Origin: Promethearchaeota archaeon
Lineage (GTDB): Archaea; Asgardarchaeota; Heimdallarchaeia; Hodarchaeales; Hodarchaeaceae
Assembly: GCA_048938105.1 (NCBI GenBank)
Contig: JBHLMN010000003.1
Coordinates: 192,001-256,000, forward strand
Direction: 5' to 3'
Length of the DNA stretch: 64,000 bases
Below the pieces are notes generated by a model. That model was given only the letters and a program-made list of their open reading frames with translations. It ran no database searches and was not told the origin of the DNA. The position numbers and the translations under genes were made by a program. The number at the start of each line of letters is the position of its first letter. Within the stretch, counting starts at the first letter, position 1. Below, piece by piece: positions 1 to 8,957 of this stretch.

Positions 1-324
1 AAAAATGAGAGAAAAAAATATGGTAAAGTTGGGAAATATACTCAACAGACCTATAATTATTTTTATGACATGTATTTGATTATTGAAAAACTAAGCAGCT
101 ATATTAAGCAAAATGGAACATTTGGTTTGTTTATTGGAAATCCAACTATCTTAGGATACCAAGTTCCTTGCCATAGAATTTTCTACGAAATATTCTCAGA
201 TCTGGGATTAAACATTATTGAATTTGGATATGACGAAATTGTCTCCCCTCGGCTGCTAAAAGGGCGACAAAATTTATCACCAGAGGGTATGAAAGCAGAG
301 TGGTTGATTGTCGCTCAGAAATAA
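1..324 (+). CDS. C-terminal part of a site-specific DNA methyltransferase (5'-truncated by window edge)
   Basis: Frame is open from base 1 (KNERKKYGK...YNYFYDMYLII). 'YF.DM...LS..IKQNGTFGLFIGN...VPCHRIF.EI...GL' and terminal 'EWLIVAQK' resemble C-termini of N4C/N6A DNA methylases. The catalytic motif lies outside the window. Confidence 0.6.
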   Translation, partial: KNERKKYGKVGKYTQQTYNYFYDMYLIIEKLSSYIKQNGTFGLFIGNPTILGYQVPCHRIFYEIFSDLGLNIIEFGYDEIVSPRLLKGRQNLSPEGMKAEWLIVAQK

Positions 325-344
325 TTGGTTCCCCTAATACGTTT

Positions 345-1616
345 TTAGGGGGAAATTAAATCATTGTCTACTGCAAAAGGCAACCGTTTATGAAATAGAA
401 TAGTCACAAAAAAGGATAATAATATTAATAGGAACATGAATGCGAAACCTGCGATTGGTGATTGAAACAGATCCAATAACGCACCAAAAATTGTGGGTGA
501 AGTTGAACTAACCACTAATCCTAACGAAAATACAATTGAATAAAAAAAAGTCCTACTTTCTTGGGGTACAAGATCACTCATTAGGGCTTGGAGAGTTCCC
601 CCAGCAAGGTAGAAACAAATAGCACATAATGAAAAGCCAAAAAGGATTGCCCATATCACAGAGAAGTTTTCAGTAAGAAAAATGAGAATTAAGATCGCAA
701 GACTAGTTCCTACAGCAGACAATAAAATGATTTTCACCCGTCCATAAGAACCAGATTTATCACTGATATAAGCTCCGTAGATATCGCTCCCAGAACCCAA
801 TATTAGAATGAAACTGGTCATAACCCCAGCTTCAAAGGATTGGACACCATAGAAATCTCGTAGCAATGTAACAGTAAAAAAACTAATCAATCTATATACT
901 CCTCCCCTTAGTGCGCTCATAATGATAACTAAACCTAATGTTACTAAAATCCAATTTTTAAATTCAATTCTTGAGGTATTGTTTGTCAGATTCTCCCGAA
1001 CCTCATTATCATTATTATTTTGAATTAATGATGAATACTGGGGTATTAATTTTCGAATAATAAGCCAGATAGTCATAAAAATCAAGAGTGTAAAGCAACT
1101 AAAACCAAGTAAGGAGAATGTTTGCCTCCAGTCACCCAGTACAAAAATAGTGAGTCCAAGTGTTCCTAAGGGGGCGAGAGCAGTTCCAATTACACCAGCT
1201 GCATGATTCACTGCCATAGCTTTGCCTCTATTCTCCCCTCTAAAAGAATTTGCTGCCACTCCTAATCCTATAGGGTGAAAAGTAGTACATCCAAGTCCTA
1301 AGATAATATTTCCAATGAAAAGATAAAAGAAATCCAAAGAGATAGATATTATGAAACTAGAAAGACCAAATAGGAAGATACCGAGTAAAATAATATAAAA
1401 TCCCAATCCAGCATTTCTTCCTAAATAACCAATCAATGGTGATGTAATTGCCATGATTAAAATGGGCAGAGATCCAAGTATCCCCATTTCTAAATAACTC
1501 ATTGATATTTCCTGGGAAATAAGTATAAGCATTGCTGGAAATGCGTAAAGTTCAACGTGATGGATAAAATGAGCAAATGACATAAATGAGAGTAACTGTA
1601 ATCGCACTGATGACAT
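345..1616 (-). CDS. MFS transporter (Fsr-like)
   Basis: About 12 hydrophobic segments; 'HFIHH..LYAFPAML', 'GLGCTTFHP', 'ENRGKAMAV', 'GAYISDKSG' MFS motifs. Confidence 0.9.
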   Translation of the reverse strand: MSSVRLQLLSFMSFAHFIHHVELYAFPAMLILISQEISMSYLEMGILGSLPILIMAITSPLIGYLGRNAGLGFYIILLGIFLFGLSSFIISISLDFFYLFIGNIILGLGCTTFHPIGLGVAANSFRGENRGKAMAVNHAAGVIGTALAPLGTLGLTIFVLGDWRQTFSLLGFSCFTLLIFMTIWLIIRKLIPQYSSLIQNNNDNEVRENLTNNTSRIEFKNWILVTLGLVIIMSALRGGVYRLISFFTVTLLRDFYGVQSFEAGVMTSFILILGSGSDIYGAYISDKSGSYGRVKIILLSAVGTSLAILILIFLTENFSVIWAILFGFSLCAICFYLAGGTLQALMSDLVPQESRTFFYSIVFSLGLVVSSTSPTIFGALLDLFQSPIAGFAFMFLLILLSFFVTILFHKRLPFAVDNDLISP

Positions 1617-1652
1617 GAATAAAACTAGATGAAATCTTTCTATAAGTTTTAC

Positions 1653-3038
1653 TCAATCATTATATTTTAAAGGACAAATCAAAGAAAACTGAAGCCCTTC
1701 TTTTGGTAAGATGTCGTTTATAGTTAATTTCCCATGAATTTCTCTAAGCAATACATCCGCAAGGTAAATTTCCATTAAAAATTCCGATTTTTTGGGTGAT
1801 TTTGTTTTTTTTAGAAAAGTTCTCCCATCATCTGTGATAGTTAATTGTAGGCTCTTTTCGGAGGCTAATTCAATATCAATTGTAATTTCATTAGATGATC
1901 TCTCAAGAGAATTTTGTATTATCTGTTCAATGGCTATTATTAAGATTCTAGGACAACTGTAGAAGTTTGGATTTTTCACCTGCAAGTTAAAGTTGATTGT
2001 GCTACCTTTCGATTCAGCAAGAGGATTTATCAGTTCGTTCAATTCATTAATTAATTCTTCAATCGACACAAGTAAAAGAGGGTATTCAAAAATTGGCTTC
2101 AAGCTTTCAAAATCACTAATTTGGCGATTAAGCCGAATAACTTTTTCAATAATTCCGATTAACTTGTCCACTCGTTCGTTTTGCTCGGGTAATGAAGCTT
2201 GAAGTATATCTAACCAACCTCGTGTGAGAAGTAATTGTTCTGAAATCTCAGACATTATCATCTTGAGTAAAAATCCACGAGTATCAGCTAATCTATCACT
2301 TTCAAGATATCGATCAGTGATGTCAACACAAACAACGATTATTCCATTATAATTCGATTGAGAATCATAAAGTGGAGCAGTTGAAATTAAAAATGTTTTG
2401 TCACGGCCAAACTTTGCTTTTAATTTTATTTCATGATGTCTAAGCGGGATCTTCTCTCTGCCTATGATCTTAGCTTCAATTGATTTGAATTCTTCAGGAT
2501 GAGTAACCTCAAAGAAATCTTTGTTTATAAGCTCTGTTTTGTGATACTTCAATATTCCGCATAGAACTGGATTTACAAATACAATTTTCCCATGTTTATC
2601 TAAGATCATAAGACCTTCGTGAATGTTTTCAATAAAAGCTCGATAGGTCGCTTCTGATTCTTTCAATTGTTTCATACTTAATTGCTCTTTAGTGATATCT
2701 TTGACGAGTCCAAGGATAATATTGAAGCGTCGAATGTCGAGAATTGTAAGATCAAGTGAGATAATATCCCTCCCGCGAGTGAAGGCTCGAACTTCACCTT
2801 GAAAATATCCTTTTTGTTCTAATGTGTTTAGAGGTAACTGAATATCCTGAGGAAGTAGGAAGTCCCAAAGAACTAAACCATTAACGTCTGTACTAGAATT
2901 GTAACCATGAATTTGGGCAAAAGCATTGTTAGAAGTAATGATTTTTGTTGTTTTACGGTCTAGTACGAATACTCCAGATGAAGAAATATTTTCGATAATT
3001 TCCTCTATAAAATTAATTACTTGCTCTTGAGGGTACAA
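1653..3038 (-). CDS. PAS-PAS sensor with degenerate histidine-kinase (HisKA/HATPase-like) module
   Basis: Two PAS/PAC domains ending 'VKDITKE' and 'CVDITDR'; N-box-like 'EQIIQNSLE' and G1-like 'ITDDG'. No His in the H-box-like helix and no G2 GLGL. Confidence 0.8.
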   Translation of the reverse strand: MYPQEQVINFIEEIIENISSSGVFVLDRKTTKIITSNNAFAQIHGYNSSTDVNGLVLWDFLLPQDIQLPLNTLEQKGYFQGEVRAFTRGRDIISLDLTILDIRRFNIILGLVKDITKEQLSMKQLKESEATYRAFIENIHEGLMILDKHGKIVFVNPVLCGILKYHKTELINKDFFEVTHPEEFKSIEAKIIGREKIPLRHHEIKLKAKFGRDKTFLISTAPLYDSQSNYNGIIVVCVDITDRYLESDRLADTRGFLLKMIMSEISEQLLLTRGWLDILQASLPEQNERVDKLIGIIEKVIRLNRQISDFESLKPIFEYPLLLVSIEELINELNELINPLAESKGSTINFNLQVKNPNFYSCPRILIIAIEQIIQNSLERSSNEITIDIELASEKSLQLTITDDGRTFLKKTKSPKKSEFLMEIYLADVLLREIHGKLTINDILPKEGLQFSLICPLKYND

Positions 3039-3177
3039 TTCATTGCGACCTAAAGTTTTTCCCCTCGCTGAAACACTTTTTTACTTGAATATTTTGTCTA
3101 TCCATCTCTTTGGAGATTATTATGGAATAAGTTATTCAATATGGTGAAATATTAGTATTTTGAAGCTAAAAAGGTTA

Positions 3178-3235
3178 TCTAGAGAATATTTCCGCAAATA
3201 ACAAATGAAGACATATTCTAGAGAATTTCTCCGCA
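3178..3235. repeat. 19-bp imperfect direct repeat (2 copies, 39-bp period) upstream of the PAS sensor gene
   Basis: TCTAGAGAATATTTCCGCA (3178-3196) and TCTAGAGAATTTCTCCGCA (3217-3235), 17/19 identical. Confidence 0.6.
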
Positions 3236-3266
3236 CATTAAAAAATATATTTTCATTAAGAAGAGG

Positions 3267-3803
3267 TTATAATCGTCCCAAATCTTTTTCTAGTTCGATA
3301 TAATAAACAGGAAGCTCGTTTTCTTGAATAATCCTTGCGCGGACACGAATAGGGGGGCCTTTTACTGATACCTGTTTATCAATAATCCCAGTTTGAGATA
3401 ATCCATCGTAAATCTGCTTTAAGGTGTTTGCATCTACCACAATTCTGAATAAGGAGGTTAATACTATCCCTAAAAACGGTTTAAAGCGAAAAGGATTAAT
3501 TGTTTGCTCAGTAACAAAGGATAGACTGGCTATTGAAGCTCCACTTAAGGTACGGACGCCACCTCGGAGGAATTTATAGAAACTATATACGATTCGCTGT
3601 TCTGAAACCTGAAAAACGGTAAATCCAGCTCCATCTACATCAAAGAATTCATCCTGCTGCCCTATCCCTGGCATACTCATCGCAGCTATCCGTTTAATCT
3701 CTTCTGGATACAAATTGTTAGGATAAATTGCTCGAATTACCGGCCCAGCTTTTTCATCGAATTCAGAGTACACTAAAGTGCCTTCGAATTCATTATTACT
3801 CAT
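3267..3803 (-). CDS. uDENN/longin-like domain protein (eukaryotic-signature-like)
   Basis: 'LVYSEFDEKAGPVIRAIYP...IAAMSMP...ASLSFVT...PFRFKPFL' resembles the N-terminal uDENN of DENN/AVL9/NPRL2-type proteins. Start moved to ATG 3803 (track start 3836). Confidence 0.6.
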   Translation of the reverse strand: MSNNEFEGTLVYSEFDEKAGPVIRAIYPNNLYPEEIKRIAAMSMPGIGQQDEFFDVDGAGFTVFQVSEQRIVYSFYKFLRGGVRTLSGASIASLSFVTEQTINPFRFKPFLGIVLTSLFRIVVDANTLKQIYDGLSQTGIIDKQVSVKGPPIRVRARIIQENELPVYYIELEKDLGRL

Positions 3804-3937
3804 AAAAATTACTCCAAGTTTCTTTACGTATAGCAAAACTAATCTATCGGTTATTGTCTTCTTTTTTTCTGAATATTAATATCAATTTCAATTGACTTGA
3901 TATGATTAACAATTCTATCTAATCTTTTTATCCTTTA

Positions 3938-5158
3938 TTAAAATCCCATTGGGATTGAAGTTATTTTCTCAAGTTCAGCCTTAATTTCTGGCCTTAATCC
4001 CTCAATGTCGATACTTAAGAATCCTCTAACAATCATGTCTGTTGCTTCTTCCTCAGTCATACCCCGAGCCATTAAATAGTTAAGCTGTTCCTCACCAATT
4101 CGCCCAATGGATGCCTCATGTGACATCTCAAGATCGGGGCGATCGGCAACAAGTTCAGGAATGGCGTGAATTATCCCTTTGGCAAGTAGAAGCCCGTCAC
4201 ATTGCAAATGGGCTTTTATATTTGATGCTCGACCGTCAAGAATCCCCCGAGCAATAATTTTCCCTCCAATGGTAACAGATCGTGAAATAACTTCTGCTCG
4301 GGAACGATCGCCTTGAAGAACAACATGTCCGCCAATATCCATTGTTGAACCTGGATGACCGTACAAGATACTATTGTACCGCGCAGTAGCATCAGCCTCA
4401 ATGTACGTAGTTGGAAAAAGTTGTACAGATTTTACTGGATCCATCACAATGTAATTGTTTGTAAAATTCCCTCCTTCTTTAACTGTGGTTACCGAACGTG
4501 GTCTTACCACAAAATCGTCTTCCCAATTATGGATCATAGTGAAAGTAAGTGAAGCTTTCTCTTCGACATAAAACTCAGATACCCCTACGTGGAGGCCAGC
4601 TTTAGCTGATGTTGCACAACCAGTAATAACGTGGATATCACTCTTTTCTTCTGCTATCACGATATTATGAACGTTCTGAGCACCAAAGTTTTGTGATATA
4701 AAAAGACATGACTGTAAGGGATATGTGATTTTAGCTCCGGCCTTTGCACGAATGAAGTATCCACGAGTCATGTGCAACTCGGTTTGAGACGTAAATTTAT
4801 CAGTATCAATTGGAACATTTTTCCACCAGTAGTCTTTCAAACAATCACTATATTCCTCCCAAGCCTCATCAATAGGCAAAACTTCAACACCAGGATCATT
4901 ACTTTTATGACAAATTGTATCAAAATCGTATTGTAAATAACTTCCAGATGTCCTATTATCATTATCTGAGAATCCTGCTTTTCGTAATAGTGTGATTTCG
5001 TCACGTGAGCTAAGTTCTGATGGATTGACAACAGGTTCGTGGACATTAATTTCTGGAAGTTTATAAGTACTTAAGTCAACATCAACTCCATATTTTGCTT
5101 TTTTTGAGATGGCACGACGTGCTCGTTGTTTAAGCTGGTCATTTGATATTTTTACCAT
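3938..5158 (-). CDS. sufB: Fe-S cluster scaffold SufB/SmsB
   Basis: SufBD beta-helix; 'PLQSCLFI', 'ITGCAT', 'CDGLLL', 'SHEASIGRI.EEQL.YLMARG'; directly downstream of sufC. Confidence 0.92.
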   Translation of the reverse strand: MVKISNDQLKQRARRAISKKAKYGVDVDLSTYKLPEINVHEPVVNPSELSSRDEITLLRKAGFSDNDNRTSGSYLQYDFDTICHKSNDPGVEVLPIDEAWEEYSDCLKDYWWKNVPIDTDKFTSQTELHMTRGYFIRAKAGAKITYPLQSCLFISQNFGAQNVHNIVIAEEKSDIHVITGCATSAKAGLHVGVSEFYVEEKASLTFTMIHNWEDDFVVRPRSVTTVKEGGNFTNNYIVMDPVKSVQLFPTTYIEADATARYNSILYGHPGSTMDIGGHVVLQGDRSRAEVISRSVTIGGKIIARGILDGRASNIKAHLQCDGLLLAKGIIHAIPELVADRPDLEMSHEASIGRIGEEQLNYLMARGMTEEEATDMIVRGFLSIDIEGLRPEIKAELEKITSIPMGF

Positions 5159-5162
5159 TTAC

Positions 5163-5960
5163 TCATCCCCCCACGAGTTTGAATTGCAGTTGATCTTCTA
5201 AGCGTTCATGACATCGGACACACTCAGGATATCCTAAATTCCTGATGTCCTCTAGTAATCGTGATGGGGTTCCAGTGCAACCTATATGACCATGACACAT
5301 AACGTGAGCTCTATCAGTATGAATATAATCCAAAATGTGACCTGTGTGCGTAATAACAAGACCTGCTTTTTTCTTTGACCAAGGTTGTGATGGTGTACGG
5401 GGAGTGGTGCCTAACAACACATTAGTCATCCGACCAATCAGTTTCATGGCTTGAATATCAACCCCTGATTCAGGTTCATCTAAGAGGATGAAATCGGGAT
5501 CTTGAAGAAGTAGTTGTAATAATTCAGATCTTTTTATTTCACCACCAGAAAAGTGTACATTAAGATCTCGATTAAGGAAATCTCTCATTTCGAGTTCTTT
5601 TGCTTTTTTACCAATCTCAGCTGTCGTTTCAATTCTTTGATGCACTAAAAATTCTGTTAGTTTACGTAATTTCAACCCAGGGATATTTGGTGGTCTTTGA
5701 AAGGAGATTCCTATCCCCATCTTGGCCCGGTCTGTGATAGACTTACCTATAATATCACTTCCTTTGAATAAAATCGAGCCATGGACAACACGGTATTGGG
5801 GGAAACCCATAATGGTCTGTATAAGTGTGGATTTTCCAGAACCATTTGGACCAAACAGTACATGGATTTCTCCTTCTGGTATATGTAGATTCAGATTCCT
5901 TAATATGATATTACCTGGTTCTTCTGTTATTTCAACTGTTAAGTTCTTTATTTTCAACAT
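5163..5960 (-). CDS. sufC: Fe-S assembly ATPase SufC/SmsC
   Basis: Walker A GPNGSGKS, 'FSGGEIKRSE', 'LLDEPESG', 'ITHTG'; C-terminal Cys cluster (GCTG...ECVRC) typical of SmsC. Confidence 0.92.
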   Translation of the reverse strand: MLKIKNLTVEITEEPGNIILRNLNLHIPEGEIHVLFGPNGSGKSTLIQTIMGFPQYRVVHGSILFKGSDIIGKSITDRAKMGIGISFQRPPNIPGLKLRKLTEFLVHQRIETTAEIGKKAKELEMRDFLNRDLNVHFSGGEIKRSELLQLLLQDPDFILLDEPESGVDIQAMKLIGRMTNVLLGTTPRTPSQPWSKKKAGLVITHTGHILDYIHTDRAHVMCHGHIGCTGTPSRLLEDIRNLGYPECVRCHERLEDQLQFKLVGG

Positions 5961-6228
5961 AATATTGTCCCTTCTTAGAAAGAGTGATCAAAACTCATTA
6001 TAATAATGTTTTACTACTTTAATATGTTAAAAAACGTAGACTTAAGGTGATTATTTAGGTTATAATCCATATATTTCTTGAAGAAACAAATACTGTTCAC
6101 ATATCTATAGCTATTTTTCTGAATTAAGAACAGAAAAGTCCATGATAAAGTGTTTAACAGTCTCAAGATAAGATTAATAAGATAGTCGTAATAATTCTCG
6201 AGGTAAGTTCTTATAGCTCTTTTTTGTT

Positions 6229-7293
6229 ATGGACAATCAAATCCACCTTTTATTGGAGGATTTTAAAATTTCCCTATTGAAGAGACTCTTCCGACGTTAT
6301 TCGAAAAAGGAGGAAGAACCCTCTACTCCACTTAAAGAAGAATTGATAACATTTATTGGAGAAGCATATGCAGGAAAAACCACTATTTTACATCGTTTGA
6401 GAACAGGGGAATTCTATAGTAGTTTAGTAAGAACTATGGGATTAAATGTTGACTCTTTTGAGTATCGTAATGTCAAGTTCCAAGCATTTGACTTGGGTGG
6501 CCAAGAATCATTCCACATGATTTGGGGAGATTACTTACGTCTTTCTAATGCTGTAGTTTTTGTCGTAGATTGCTCCAATCCAAACAGTTTTAGGTCAAGT
6601 AAAGCAGCTCTTTATAATGCAATGCCTAGCATTCCCTCAAATGCTGTCCTTCTTATTGTAGCAAATAAAGCTGATATATCAGGTGTTGATCCCTATGTTA
6701 CGCTTCTCAAACACTTTGACCTTTATGATATTCAACAAAAAGGCGAATTTCGTGCCATTAATATATTCCACATGTCAGCAAAGACGGGAATGAACTTTTA
6801 TCAGGCCTTCGATTGGTTGATTGAAACATTAACAGGAGAAATTATTCTTCCTAATATTAATATTCACAACATTTGTATTTATAAAACAGATTCTGGTTTG
6901 CTAGTTGGAAGCAGTATAACTAATCAAGGTCTAACGCAATATGATCCTGCATTATTAACAAGTATGTTCTCAGCAGTAAATACTTTTGCCGAAGCATCCA
7001 TGGGAGCTGGAGTAAGAGAAATACTCATGAAGCGAAGTAAGTCAGCAGGAGCAGATGAGATCTCAGATAATTATAAACTAGTTCGGGTTGAGGAAACAGA
7101 CTTTTCTGTGATCCTCATTGTTAACGAGTCGGACTCCATGAGGAAAAGTATAAAGATAGGTAAAGATCTATTAGTGTGGACGAGATTAAAGATCCCAGAA
7201 CCAGAGAACCTCATTGAGATGATCGAGGGGGAAGAAATTAAAACCTATTTAACTATGAAATTCCCAGAAGACATTGCAATGGTTAGTGCTTAA
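6229..7293 (+). CDS. Arf-like small GTPase fused to C-terminal longin/roadblock-like domain
   Basis: G1 GEAYAGKT, switch I RTMGLNV, G3 FDLGGQ, G4 NKAD, G5 SAK. C-terminal 'IYKTDSGLLV...DPALLTSMFSAVNTFAE...YKLVRVE..FSVILIV'. True start may be about 13 codons downstream. Confidence 0.88.
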   Translation: MDNQIHLLLEDFKISLLKRLFRRYSKKEEEPSTPLKEELITFIGEAYAGKTTILHRLRTGEFYSSLVRTMGLNVDSFEYRNVKFQAFDLGGQESFHMIWGDYLRLSNAVVFVVDCSNPNSFRSSKAALYNAMPSIPSNAVLLIVANKADISGVDPYVTLLKHFDLYDIQQKGEFRAINIFHMSAKTGMNFYQAFDWLIETLTGEIILPNINIHNICIYKTDSGLLVGSSITNQGLTQYDPALLTSMFSAVNTFAEASMGAGVREILMKRSKSAGADEISDNYKLVRVEETDFSVILIVNESDSMRKSIKIGKDLLVWTRLKIPEPENLIEMIEGEEIKTYLTMKFPEDIAMVSA

Positions 7294-7330
7294 ATTCACT
7301 CTCATTTCTCGTTAGAAGAGTCACACGTAA

Positions 7331-8935
7331 TTAACGAGTATTCATTCTCTTGAACCACTTTTTATTCTGTTTATAGAGGTTCTTAAATTCTTTAAACAAA
7401 CGATCATATAATAATCGATATTCTGGGTTTGGATAAAACTCTTTGTCAAAATAAATGAAATCCTTAATTTCTGCAGGATCATTTAATTCTTCCAGTGCCA
7501 TTTTAGCTACTATGGCTGCCCCAATAGCTCCAGCAACTTGTGGCCACTTAACTCGCAAAATTCTTCTATTCATGATGTCTGCATAGATTTGACACCAAAC
7601 ATCCGATTTTGCTCCTCCACCTATAATATGTAGTGACTCCACAGGCGAATACATTTTTTCTACAATTTCTAAAGCCCATTTAGCATTAAACGCCACTCCC
7701 TCAAAAATAGATCGAAGTAAATGTCGGCGATTATGATCTAATGATACATTAATCAAGCCAGCTCGTACATGGTCATCATCCAACGGACATCGTTCCCCAA
7801 ATAGCCACGGCATAAATAGCAAATGGGTTCCTCCTTTCCCTTTCGCTCCGGGTTCACATTGTGCAACTAATTCATCGAAGATCTCGTAAACTTGTTTCTT
7901 CTCTTTCTCTTGAAGCTCTTCTTTGAAGTAAAGAATGCTGTTTTTGACCCACTCTAAAGCAGCTCCCGCAATTTCTTGATGAGCGGTGATTAAATAAAAT
8001 TGATCTGGAAAAGCACTGCCTGTACATCCTGTATAATGACTGATATCAACTTTCCTTTCGGAAACATGTCCTAAAACCCATCCACTGGTTCCAATTTGAC
8101 AATGAAGCTCTCCTTCTAAGACTGCTCCCGATCCAATAGCTGCTGCTGGCATATCACCTATACCACAAACAATTTGTGTTTCTTTTGAGAGACCAAGAAC
8201 ATTAGCTGCTTCATCTGTCAAGTTACCAATAATATCCGTAGGTTTTCGAATTTCGGGGAGTCTATTCATGTCAATTTTGTAAGTTTTACAGAGAGATTTT
8301 GACCATTCATTAAGAGGTTTCCCGTCTTTTTTCCGAGTATCAACCAACCAATACAAATAAGCTAAATCTGTGCTGGTAACCATCTCCCCTGTTAAGCGAA
8401 AAATAATATAATCTTTAACATCCAAATATTTGTAACATTTTTCATATATTTCAGGATGTTTATCTCTTAACCATAAGATTTTAGGGATTTGATCTTTCCC
8501 AGTCAGACCTGGGGCGCCTCCTGTTATACGGAGAAACTTCAAAATCCGAAGGGGACTGTATCCAAGTACTCGTGGCCAGGGGTAGACTTTGTGTAAATAT
8601 TCAGCTCCACGAGCATCTAACCAGATCATACAGTTCATTAAAGGAGAACCACGTTCATCTACAGGTAATAATCCTTGTGTTTGAGAACAGAAGGTCAATG
8701 CAGTAATTTCATCTTTTTGTGTTTGGGTTTTTTCGAGAACTGCTTTTGTTGTTGAAACTAGTATTCTCCACCAATCCTTTGGATCATGCTCAGCGTAACC
8801 TTGTTGCGGGTAAAGCGTGTTAAATTCTTCTACTGCAGAGTCAATTAATTTCATTTCGTTAGATACAAGAACAGCTTTAGTTGCTGTCGTTCCCAAATCA
8901 TAAGCTAAGAATTTTTCAGCACTCAAACCTATCAA
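7331..8935 (-). CDS. FGGY-family carbohydrate/polyol kinase (xylulokinase-like)
   Basis: 'AYDLGTTATKA', 'IWLDARG', 'GIGDMPAAAIGSG', 'IGTSGW', 'GERCP', 'GGGAKS..WCQIYAD'. Confidence 0.92.
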   Translation of the reverse strand: MIGLSAEKFLAYDLGTTATKAVLVSNEMKLIDSAVEEFNTLYPQQGYAEHDPKDWWRILVSTTKAVLEKTQTQKDEITALTFCSQTQGLLPVDERGSPLMNCMIWLDARGAEYLHKVYPWPRVLGYSPLRILKFLRITGGAPGLTGKDQIPKILWLRDKHPEIYEKCYKYLDVKDYIIFRLTGEMVTSTDLAYLYWLVDTRKKDGKPLNEWSKSLCKTYKIDMNRLPEIRKPTDIIGNLTDEAANVLGLSKETQIVCGIGDMPAAAIGSGAVLEGELHCQIGTSGWVLGHVSERKVDISHYTGCTGSAFPDQFYLITAHQEIAGAALEWVKNSILYFKEELQEKEKKQVYEIFDELVAQCEPGAKGKGGTHLLFMPWLFGERCPLDDDHVRAGLINVSLDHNRRHLLRSIFEGVAFNAKWALEIVEKMYSPVESLHIIGGGAKSDVWCQIYADIMNRRILRVKWPQVAGAIGAAIVAKMALEELNDPAEIKDFIYFDKEFYPNPEYRLLYDRLFKEFKNLYKQNKKWFKRMNTR

Positions 8936-8957
8936 TCCACTTTCAAGACGATTTTTG

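Noticed and set aside
3178-3235. Direct repeat as a mini-CRISPR
   Set aside because: Only two 19-bp copies with a 20-bp spacer and no cas genes.
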